A stretch of 64,000 bases of DNA, taken from NCBI GenBank assembly GCA_964389675.1, contig CAYMEV010000002.1, forward strand, positions 186,001 through 250,000, written 5' to 3'. This stretch comes from an uncultured Candidatus Sumerlaeota bacterium. GTDB lineage: Bacteria > CAYMEV01. The first letter of the stretch is position 1. Every line of letters begins with the position of its first letter. The notes under the pieces were generated by a model that was not told the DNA's origin, ran no database searches, and was given only the letters and a program-made list of their open reading frames with translations. A program made the translations under genes and the position numbers. Positions 51,207-60,600 of the stretch are shown piece after piece.

Positions 51207-51821
51207 CTATCCGGCGATATTTCTTACAGCATTCATCTTGGTGTCATGGAAGTTTTTCATTGTGTTCTGGAGAAGCTGCTGAAGCTGTGTAAGCTGCTGC
51301 TGCAGTTTCTGAATCTCTGTCTGCTGTTCCTGGGTAACCTTTTTTGAACCATCTGCCTTCTTGGCAGCATCTTCCAGGTTCTTTTCAGTTTTCTTGATAA
51401 GGTTATTGAGGATTCTTGAAATAAAATCTTCAATGCTTTCGCCAGGTTTACGTGATGTCCCGCCTGTCTGCTGTGCCTGCTGTTCTGATTGTGCCTGTCC
51501 TACTTTCTGGCCTGCTTCGAAACCTGCCTGGAATCCTGCCCTCCTGCCGGCCATATAGCCCTTGAGGAAATTGGATATTGATGGCCTCGGCATAGCGCCA
51601 AAGCCGGATGGCCTGAACATTCCACCCAGACCCTTCTGAAGTGTCTTTGCGAAATCTCCTATTTTATTGAAAAGATTGCCCATGCTTTTGCTGATTGAGG
51701 AGATACCTCCGAGCATACCCATTGGGCCCTGGGTGATTGCGCTGATAGCCTTGCCAATAGCACCCATGTTTGGCAGGATTTTTGATGCGATACTTGAAAC
51801 GATACTTCCGATAAATGGCAT
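51207..51821 (-). CDS. Hypothetical secreted-type protein resembling T3SS needle/filament subunits
   Basis: SD AGGAGG; G/S/A/M-rich N-terminus without Sec signal; C-terminal coiled coil ending LQNTMKNFHDTKMNAVRNIAG. Confidence 0.5.
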   Translation of the reverse strand: MPFIGSIVSSIASKILPNMGAIGKAISAITQGPMGMLGGISSISKSMGNLFNKIGDFAKTLQKGLGGMFRPSGFGAMPRPSISNFLKGYMAGRRAGFQAGFEAGQKVGQAQSEQQAQQTGGTSRKPGESIEDFISRILNNLIKKTEKNLEDAAKKADGSKKVTQEQQTEIQKLQQQLTQLQQLLQNTMKNFHDTKMNAVRNIAG

Positions 51822-51921
51822 TGTGAAAACCTCCTATTATTATAATTAAGGAGGATATCAAGTGTTTATGGTCCTTGTGATCATTAAGGATCATAAGCAT
51901 TTAACATCCTTCTTTTCTATA

Positions 51922-51948
51922 TTATCTGACTATAACAGAAAATGTTGC
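51922..51948 (-). promoter_or_regulatory. Putative sigma28-family-like promoter
   Basis: Minus strand GCAAC-14 nt-TCAGATAA; the -10 resembles GCCGATAA. Confidence 0.35.
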
Positions 51949-52033
51949 TAAAAATTCTTTAATTTCTTGAATATAATTTATAATTTATTAAAATCAGGAC
52001 ATCAACGATAATTTGAATCTTTATTAAGGAGTA

Positions 52034-52378
52034 ATGCTGATGCACCTATCCAGATATAAAAAGGGAGATATTGATATCATAGAGATTGGCGGGAAGCTTG
52101 AAGACAGCCAGTCTCAGGAGTTTATAGATTATATCGATGATATAATAGCTGCAGGCTCAAGGACGGTAATTCTTGATATGAATTCCCTTGATTATGTAAG
52201 CTCAAGCGGGCTTGGAGTAATATCAGCAAAATATATCAGTCTGAATATCCGCGGAGGCAAGCTTATCCTGACAAATATGAAACCGGATATTGAAAAGGTA
52301 TTCCATATTACCAGAATCCTGAGCATAATACCTAATTATCCATCCATCAAGGAGGCAATTGCTGATTTGAAGATTTAG
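52034..52378 (+). CDS. STAS anti-sigma factor antagonist
   Basis: G.LE, LDM..LDYVSSSGLG and VFHIT motifs. Confidence 0.9.
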   Translation: MLMHLSRYKKGDIDIIEIGGKLEDSQSQEFIDYIDDIIAAGSRTVILDMNSLDYVSSSGLGVISAKYISLNIRGGKLILTNMKPDIEKVFHITRILSIIPNYPSIKEAIADLKI

Positions 52379-52386
52379 GGCAGATC

Positions 52387-52947
52387 TCAGGGCCTATAGC
52401 CTGACTTTTCAAAAAGCTCTGTTCTTGTAAATAAGGGTATGAACCTGTATTTCCCAAGCATCTCTCCAGCACCTTCCTCGCGGTCAACAAGGCATAGTAT
52501 GGCCTCTACTGAGTGGCCTTCCTCTTCAACAGCCTTCACCGCGGAGAGGGTTGAGCCCCCTGTGGTTGCGACATCATCAACAATAATTACGTCAGAATGC
52601 GGCTCTATATGGCCTTCAATCCTCTTTTTCCTTCCGTGTCCTTTTGCTTCCTTTCTTACAAGAAAACCGTTTACGGGCATGCTCTTTTGATAAGATATAA
52701 CGGTAACTGCTGTTGTTACCGGATCAGCCCCTATTGAAAGGCCTCCTATATATCTTGATTTCAAACCGTGTCTAACAATAAGGTCAAAAAGGACATTTCC
52801 GATCAGATATGAACCCTGGGAGGAAAGAGTTGTTATCCTTGCATCGAAATAGAAATTGCTTTTTTTTCCTGAAGCAAGGATGAAATCACCAAAACTTAGA
52901 GATTTGCTGATTAACAGTTCCAATAATTCATTTCTCATAGTATTCAT
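52387..52947 (-). CDS. pyrE: Orotate phosphoribosyltransferase
   Basis: F.LASG..S..Y.D, RKEAKGHG and VDDVATTGGS motifs. Confidence 0.95.
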   Translation of the reverse strand: MNTMRNELLELLISKSLSFGDFILASGKKSNFYFDARITTLSSQGSYLIGNVLFDLIVRHGLKSRYIGGLSIGADPVTTAVTVISYQKSMPVNGFLVRKEAKGHGRKKRIEGHIEPHSDVIIVDDVATTGGSTLSAVKAVEEEGHSVEAILCLVDREEGAGEMLGKYRFIPLFTRTELFEKSGYRP

Positions 52948-53034
52948 CTTTTTCCTTCTTATAAGATTGACTTTAATTATTTCATAGATATTTTATGTTA
53001 ATATGAAAAATATCAAGATAAAAAGGAGCTGATT

Positions 53035-53280
53035 TTGGATATACAACTTCCTTTACTGCTGAATATGCTGAAAGATCTGATAGACATAGACTTCAGTGAC
53101 GGTACTGCCTCCCGGGAAAAAGAGATAGAGCTTAAGAGAAAATTAAAGAAGAATGAGTCGAAAATAAGGAATAAACTGCTGGAACTGAACTGCGAAAGAG
53201 AGGCTCTTCAGGACAGGCTGGAGGATATAGAATCAGCCATCATCAATATTGAATCCCTTATGGAATGGTCAAAGATCTGA
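53035..53280 (+). CDS. Small coiled-coil hypothetical protein
   Basis: TTG start after AAGGAG; heptad pattern. Confidence 0.5.
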   Translation: MDIQLPLLLNMLKDLIDIDFSDGTASREKEIELKRKLKKNESKIRNKLLELNCEREALQDRLEDIESAIINIESLMEWSKI

Positions 53281-53310
53281 AAGAAATGATTCTCATTACA
53301 GGCGTATAAT

Positions 53311-54258
53311 ATGATTAAAGCTCTGGGGCTGCTTTCCTTCGGTATGGATAGCCTTATCGCCTACACTCTTATGAAGGACAGAGGTTTTGATATATTACCC
53401 CTTTACGTAGACATGGGCTTTGCTCCATGTGACTTTGAAAGGTATTTTTACCCAGGTGCCAGGGATGACTCCCTTTATGAAGGGCTGTTGACAATAGATG
53501 CATTCGAGAGGTTCAAAAAGATACTGCAATCACCCCGTTTTGGATTCGGAAAGCACCTTAACCCCTGTATTGACTGCAAAATAATGATGTTCAGCATTGC
53601 CAGGGAAATCATGCAGAGGGAAGGCCTTGATATGATTTTTACCGGAGAAGTGAAGGGCCAGAGGATGATGAGCCAGATCAACAGAAATCTTAAAATTATA
53701 GAAAGGGAATCCGGAACTGAGGGGATTGTTTTCAGGCCTTTGTCCGCCTTAAGGTTTGAACCGACAGATATGGAGAAAAATGGCCTTATTGACCGGGAAG
53801 ATTATTATGATATATCAGGCAGGTCGAGAAAACCTCAATACAAACTTGCAGGAAAACTGAAATTAAAGAATTTCCCTTCTCCTTCAGGAGGATGCCTTCT
53901 GACTTACAGGGGCTTTTCTGATAAATTGAGGAAGCTTTTTTCATTTTACAGCATTGAAGAGATAGACAGGCGGAAAGCTGCTCTTTTGAAGACAGGAAGG
54001 CATTTTTTCATTGATGATTCAGTTCATATGATTCTGGGAAGAAATGAATCAGAAAATATCTTGCTTAAAACTGTGCCCTGTTCCGATCTCCAGATATATC
54101 CCAGGGATGAGAAGGGCCCCTTTGGGATTATTTTCAGGAAAAAAAGCAGCCCCAGGGCCGTTGAAGAGTGCAGATCTCTGGCTTGCAGGTATTCCGACAG
54201 TGAAGATATTATCATAACTGATAGTAGCAAGCCTTTCTGCGAAAGAACATATAAATAA
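53311..54258 (+). CDS. PP-loop tRNA thiolation-like protein (ThiI/MnmA-related)
   Basis: SFGMDS, NPCIDCK, TGEV.GQR.MSQ, GRSRK.Q, GGCLLT and GRHF motifs. Confidence 0.8.
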   Translation: MIKALGLLSFGMDSLIAYTLMKDRGFDILPLYVDMGFAPCDFERYFYPGARDDSLYEGLLTIDAFERFKKILQSPRFGFGKHLNPCIDCKIMMFSIAREIMQREGLDMIFTGEVKGQRMMSQINRNLKIIERESGTEGIVFRPLSALRFEPTDMEKNGLIDREDYYDISGRSRKPQYKLAGKLKLKNFPSPSGGCLLTYRGFSDKLRKLFSFYSIEEIDRRKAALLKTGRHFFIDDSVHMILGRNESENILLKTVPCSDLQIYPRDEKGPFGIIFRKKSSPRAVEECRSLACRYSDSEDIIITDSSKPFCERTYK

Positions 54259-54315
54259 TATTTGAAATATTTGAAATATTTTCTATAATACAAGCATACC
54301 ATCGTAAATCAGGGG

Positions 54316-55365
54316 GTGATACCGATGTCCGCATATGAAAAATATTCTGTCGGGATTTTCCATTTTGCAAGTGCATTTGGTGATGAGCTTGCCAGGCGCC
54401 TGAACAGTACTGATCCTTTTTTTGTAAATGGCAGGGAATACAAGATTATTGCAGATGATGTAAAAATACATGAATTTGGTTTAAAATGGGGGTCATCGCA
54501 TGATATTATAATAGACAGAGGGTCACATGTCTATCAGCAGGCAAGGAATGTTTTCAAAATGCTTGCCTTCAGGGGAGTACATATAATAAATAACCCCTAT
54601 TCATTTGAATTTTTTATGAACAAGGATGTAGGCTATTATTTTGCCAATCTGCTCGGAGTACCTGTACCGCCCACATATTCCCTCCCGCCCCACGATAATT
54701 TTGGATTTACTCCAGAGGAACTCAGGAACAATCTTTATTTTGACTGGGAAAAAATGATAGAAGAGGTCGGGTTTCCAATGTTCCTTAAGCCTGCACAAGG
54801 CAGGGGGGGAATAGATGCCTATGAAGTGAAGAGCTATGAAGAGCTTATAGACCGCTATAACAGGTCCGGAGATACTGTTATGAGCATTCAGAAGAAGATT
54901 GACAGCAGTAGCGGGTTTATTGTACGGACATTATGCATAGGCAAAATGATTCTTCCAATAAAGTACATATTCAGGAATCCAGTTGGTCCTGAGTATATTT
55001 ATGATGATTCGTTCATGACCCCGGATGAAGGGAAAAAGGTAATTGACTATGCCAAGATAATAAATTTTGTATTTGGCTATAAGATGAATTCTGTGGAGTT
55101 TATCCTGAAAGACGGAATACCGTGGGCTATAGATTTTAATAATCCTGTCCCTGATGGAAGGAAGGAAGCACTTGGAGATGTCTATTTTAATGACTATCAG
55201 GAAGCAATGGTAAGGCTTGTGCTGGATATTGCCAAAACAGGCAGAAGGTCAGAATTCATTCCTCCCGTGAACCAGATAGCTGAGCTGGCAAGGCTTGATA
55301 TGCCTGCAGCTGAAAAGAGTGAAAAAATCCTGGAACTTGCTGACAGAATGTTCTATGAAGTTTAG
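54316..55365 (+). CDS. ATP-grasp (RimK/glutathione synthetase-like) ligase
   Basis: IIDR.SH, INNP, NK, P.FLKP..G.GG and VEF...DG.P.AIDF.NP.PD motifs. Confidence 0.8.
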   Translation: MIPMSAYEKYSVGIFHFASAFGDELARRLNSTDPFFVNGREYKIIADDVKIHEFGLKWGSSHDIIIDRGSHVYQQARNVFKMLAFRGVHIINNPYSFEFFMNKDVGYYFANLLGVPVPPTYSLPPHDNFGFTPEELRNNLYFDWEKMIEEVGFPMFLKPAQGRGGIDAYEVKSYEELIDRYNRSGDTVMSIQKKIDSSSGFIVRTLCIGKMILPIKYIFRNPVGPEYIYDDSFMTPDEGKKVIDYAKIINFVFGYKMNSVEFILKDGIPWAIDFNNPVPDGRKEALGDVYFNDYQEAMVRLVLDIAKTGRRSEFIPPVNQIAELARLDMPAAEKSEKILELADRMFYEV

Positions 55366-55369
55366 TGCA

Positions 55370-56905
55370 CTATATTTCCGCCAGCTTGATATCAAGAAGA
55401 AAATCAAATGAGCCGTCAGGATATGGTACTGCATTTTCGACTCTCTTTGTGCAGATTATTATATTTGAATGATACCATAGATGGACATATGGAAGAGTAT
55501 CATTGAGTATATTCTGTATTTTGCAGTAGTAATCCTTTCTCAATTGCTGGTCAGTCGTCCTTCTTGCGGAATCAATAAGGGCATCCACCCCGGGATTCTT
55601 ATAACGTCCCCTGTTGGCACCGTCCGGCGGGATGCTCCTGGAGGATAATACATAGTAGTATATGTCAGGATCCGATATCCCGACCCATCTCAATGAAAAA
55701 AGCTGAAAATCCCCCTCTTTTATATTATCATAGAATGTTCCCCATTCCCTTGATATTATATTCAGTTTCACACCTGTATTCCTGAGCTGATCCTGGATAA
55801 TCTGGGCTATGGTCAGAGACTGAGCATTCTCACTGGTCTTGTATTCCAGTGTAAAATAGTAACCGTCCCTGTCTTTTTTATAACCTTCATTTTTTATCAG
55901 TTCTTCAGCCTTCCCGGGGTTATGGTCATACCAGTCAAGGTCCCTGCAATAAGCCCAGTTAAGAGGGGATAAGAGGCTGTTTGCCTTTTGAGCATATCCT
56001 CTGTATATATGCCTTATTATTGCATCTCTGTCTATGCTGAAGGCAATAGCTTTTCTGATATTTTTATTTTTAAGTATACCATCCTCCATGTTGAATCCTA
56101 TATACTGGTAATTTATGCCCTGAGATGACGACACATGATAGCTGCTGTCACTGGAAAATCTTTCAATAGAATCATAGGGTATATCATTCTGGAGGATATC
56201 AATACCCTTATTCTCAAGCTCAAGCATTCTTGTGGTTGTATCGGGAATTATCCTGAATTTTATCAGGTTTACGGCAGGTTTCTGGCCGAAATAATCATCG
56301 AATTTTTCAAGTGTAAGCAATACCCCCTCCTTGTGTTCCTTAAAGCGGAATGGCCCGGAGCCAACCGGTTCCTTTCGCAGGATTGAGCTGGTGTTTTTAT
56401 CGATGTTTTTTGGAATAATCCCTAATGTAAGGTAATCAATGAAGGGGGAGAATACCTCTTTAAGCTCAAATTCCACAGTATATTCATCTATTACCCTTAT
56501 TTCATCTATTATCTCATAGCTTGATTTTTTAAATGAGATAAAATCCTCATCCATCATGCTCTCAAATGTATATTTTATATCCTCTGCAGTCAGTTCGTTC
56601 TTATTATGAAAAAGTATTCCCTTCCTTATATAAAAGGTAAATATTTTATCTTCCTTAACCTCATATCTTTCTACAATATCAGGCTTAATATTTGAATCCC
56701 TGCCCTTTGTGAAAAGGGAACTGTATATCAGGGAACATATGCGTGATGAATTGGCATCAGTTGCTGTACGGGGGTCAAGGTCTTCAACTGATGCCTCGAG
56801 CCCCATTATGACGGAATCACCTCTGCTGGCTGTCCGGCTGTTATTGCATGCCATGAAAAAGACTGCAAAAATCAGGGCTGGTATAAAAATGTGAAAATAT
56901 TTCAT
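55370..56905 (-). CDS. Peptide/nickel ABC transporter substrate-binding lipoprotein (family 5)
   Basis: Lipobox FMAC; LDP, PVGSGPF and R.AI...IDR motifs. Confidence 0.9.
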   Translation of the reverse strand: MKYFHIFIPALIFAVFFMACNNSRTASRGDSVIMGLEASVEDLDPRTATDANSSRICSLIYSSLFTKGRDSNIKPDIVERYEVKEDKIFTFYIRKGILFHNKNELTAEDIKYTFESMMDEDFISFKKSSYEIIDEIRVIDEYTVEFELKEVFSPFIDYLTLGIIPKNIDKNTSSILRKEPVGSGPFRFKEHKEGVLLTLEKFDDYFGQKPAVNLIKFRIIPDTTTRMLELENKGIDILQNDIPYDSIERFSSDSSYHVSSSQGINYQYIGFNMEDGILKNKNIRKAIAFSIDRDAIIRHIYRGYAQKANSLLSPLNWAYCRDLDWYDHNPGKAEELIKNEGYKKDRDGYYFTLEYKTSENAQSLTIAQIIQDQLRNTGVKLNIISREWGTFYDNIKEGDFQLFSLRWVGISDPDIYYYVLSSRSIPPDGANRGRYKNPGVDALIDSARRTTDQQLRKDYYCKIQNILNDTLPYVHLWYHSNIIICTKRVENAVPYPDGSFDFLLDIKLAEI

Positions 56906-57591
56906 AAATTGCCTCCATAAATAATGTCTGCATCTTCAATATCCAGTTTCCTGAATGCCTCAGCCCTGAAGAGACAGCTGTCGCAAGACCTGCACGGCTT
57001 ATTGTTATCAGGGTTGTAGCATGAAAGTGTCTTGCTGTAATCAACATTCAGGGATAACCCTATTTTAAGTATATCAAGCTTTGTCTTCATGATAAATGGT
57101 GCTCTGGCAACTACAGGAGTCTTCTCCTGTCCTGCTTTGGTACCGGCAAGGATCATTCTGTTAAATGTATCCAGAAACTCAGGCCTGCAATCAGGGTAAC
57201 CTGAATAATCAATTGAATTTATGCCTGTATAAATGCTCTTTATTCCCATCGATTCAGCAAGGGAAGCTGCAATAGAAAGGAAAATGATATTCCTGGCTGG
57301 GACATAGGTATTGGGAATATTTACACGATTTGTGTCCCCCTTATTTATGCATATTGACATATCCGTGAGGGATGATCCCTTTATGATATCAAGAGAGAGG
57401 GGAAAGATTATATGATCTATTACCGAGTATTTCTCAGCCTGGTATTTTGCATACCGGATCTCAATCCGGTTTCTCTGATTATAGTCAAAGCTTAAGGCTG
57501 CGGGGTTATGCCCTCTTGATATAAGGTATGCAAGCAGTGTGGTTGAATCAAGGCCGCCGCTGAGTATTATAATAGAATCAATATTTCTCAT
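56902..57591 (-). CDS. queC: 7-cyano-7-deazaguanine synthase
   Basis: SGGLDS, TYVPARN, YPDCR and SCY...C..C.SC motifs. Confidence 0.96.
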   Translation of the reverse strand: MRNIDSIIILSGGLDSTTLLAYLISRGHNPAALSFDYNQRNRIEIRYAKYQAEKYSVIDHIIFPLSLDIIKGSSLTDMSICINKGDTNRVNIPNTYVPARNIIFLSIAASLAESMGIKSIYTGINSIDYSGYPDCRPEFLDTFNRMILAGTKAGQEKTPVVARAPFIMKTKLDILKIGLSLNVDYSKTLSCYNPDNNKPCRSCDSCLFRAEAFRKLDIEDADIIYGGNL

Positions 57592-57664
57592 AGAAATTAA
57601 AACAATTGAATATTATCATTAATATAATATAATCAATCAGGAAATTTACACAAGTATTAATATT

Positions 57665-60600
57665 ATGGATAAAACAAATCTTCTGAAATATTTTACAGTA
57701 AACAAAAAGGAAGCAGGTACTGAATTCAAGACCCGCCATGTATTTGATAATTTTGCTAAGCGAGATAAAAAGCTTACAATAGTACCTGCGGACAAATACA
57801 CAGAATTTTCACTTAATCATTTTATTAAGCTGTTTAATATTTTTTCTGAATCAGAGAATCCTTTTTTAGAGTTTTTAATAGGGTGGGGTATCCTGGATGA
57901 CCAAAGCCTTTATATACTCCGGGATGCCAGGGATATAAGCACAATACCTGATGAGCTATGCAATGCAGGCCAAATACCATATATACTTCTTGATACACTC
58001 ATAGGCCTCTATAATATTCACAGAAATAACTGCTATTATGGCGGGGTCAAAAGGGATGACCTTCTCTATAAGTACAACAGAAGGCATAACATTGACAGTT
58101 TCAGCTATTATCTCTCAGGAGCCAAGATCCTGAAAGCAGAGATAAGCTCTGATGTATTCCACCTTCAAAAAGAGGATGTCAAATCGCTGGTATATTCTCT
58201 TATCTCCTTTTTAATAGCAAAGGAAAATGCAGGCCTGGCCAAGATCAAAAGCCCTGATATCAAGCAGGCCATTGACTACTTTATTAAGGACAGGATCATC
58301 AGGGACATAATAACTGAGACATTTCAGGCAGACGAAAGCATAAGCTATTATATAAGGCTTCTGATCAAGAATCTTTTTTACAGCAATGAAGTTCAAAGGC
58401 AGTTCTATAATTCAATAATGGATCAGATTCCATCACCGGATATTCCCATAGAACGGCATAGTATCAGTCAGGATATAATAAAAAGCCATAATGCAATAGT
58501 AATTACCGGGCCAGCAGGTATAGGGAAGTCATTTTATGTCAAAACCCTTCTGAACAGGTTCAGAAAGATGAAATATACCCCTTTTGTCATAAATGCCGCA
58601 TTGCATGGCACCAGCAATTATGATTTTATTAAGAACTTCACTGATCTTCTTTCATCAATCCTCAGGAAGAATGATTCTCTCATATTTGAGAGGTCGAATA
58701 ATGCTCCGGAAGACCTTAGCGTTGAAGAAAGAATGTATCTCTTATACAGGTTTGACCAGACTGTAAAACCTGTCTTTGTACTTGAAAATATTGACCATGC
58801 AGATGAAAATACCCTGCTTTTATTCAAAGCCATACTGGAAGCTGGTATCTATGTCTTAATAACTAAAAACAGCGATATACACAGTGATCACTATGTCAGG
58901 ATACTGAAAAACCTCGATAAAAAAAGCATATACTCAATATCCCTGACTGAATGGAGTGTTAATGATATTAGCACTCTGCTCGAGATGGTGCTTTATAATG
59001 AAAATAAAAAAAAGATCAGGATATTTTCTGAACTGCTTTACAAGAACTCTGTCAGGGATCCAAAAAAAATCCAGGACGCAGTAAATTATATAATGAACAG
59101 GGAGAGTGACATATTTGGCTGCAGTACTGAGGATTTTAAGAATAATATTATCATTAATATAGATCTGTTCAGAAAATTTAAGGAAAATATGCTCAGAGAC
59201 CTTCTTCCTGATGAGTACAGCCTTCTTAAGACAATATACCTTTTCCCCTGCAGTATGGACAGTCTTTTCAGGATTCACCCGGAAATAAGAAAGGAAATAA
59301 GCGAAATCTTAAATCAACTGCTTTCCAAAAAGCTGATCTCTCTGGAGAGCAATAAGTATTTCATTAAGGACCCGGGTATCTCAGAAGGTATTTCGGCAAT
59401 GATAGGCAGAAATGAGCTTCATGATGAGTACAGGAGGATAGGAGATTATCTTTTGAGGGATGATTCAGATTCCGGGAAAATCCCAGTTCTGGTACTGGTA
59501 AACTATCTGCTCAACGGTGGTTATTTTATCGAATCAGCCAGAATGATACTTGATCACTCCGGGAAGCCAGGCAATATGATACAAAACGGCAGGGTCATCT
59601 GGTATTACAACAAGGCATGCGAGATATTTCGCCGTAATAATATGATAAATGAACAGATCATAATGATGGAAAGGCTTTTTGAGATTCACCACAGGAGAAG
59701 TGATTATTCAAAGGCGAACTCTATTTTGCATTCATTAAGCAAAACAGGCTATGACCCGTTTAACCTCCATAAAAAATATGCGCTTCTTCTTGAATCTACA
59801 GGTGAGTATAAGAAGGCGATAGAATACTATAACAAGGCATTTTCACTGATAAAGAACAGAAATGACATTTATCTGAAGATTGACATTTATATTGATATTG
59901 CAAGACTGCTTATAAAGACCTATAAGATAAAAGCCGCGGAGGAGATCCTTCAAAAGGCAGTGCTTCTTGAAAAAGACAACAATATGATGGATAAGCACAA
60001 TATAATCCTTTCTCTCTTTGGAGAACTGCATACTCTGAAGAATGACCTTGAAGCTGCGAGAAAGGCATCTGTCGAGTCGGCAGAATTAAGTGAACAGGCA
60101 AGAGATTATTATATCCTGACTCAGACCCTTTCAAATCTGGGCCTTATATATTTCAAGCAGAAAGCCTTTGATAAGGCTTATGTGTACTATAAAAAGGCAC
60201 TGGACCTTTCCATAAAGTGCGATAATATTCATGGGATAAGCATGGGTTATTTTAATCTTGGAAGAATAAACACCGTTGCAGGCAATTTCCCTAAAGCATC
60301 AGAGCAGTTTACCAGCGCTATGGTTTTTCATCAAAAGACCGGAAACAGGAAGGAATATGTCAATGATATTTTCATGATATCATACCTTCTTACTGAGAAG
60401 GGAGAGTTAAGCAAAGCTTATTATATGATTAAAGAAGGCCTGGACATTGCGGAGAAAATTCAGGACCCTGAGCTGAAATCGTTGATGCTGTACAGTTTCG
60501 GCAGGATTTATCATTATCTTGGAAGCTATGGAGAATCAATTAATTACTACTTTTATTCAAGGGAGATTGCAAAGAAAATAGGGCTGAAAGCAATGCTTCC

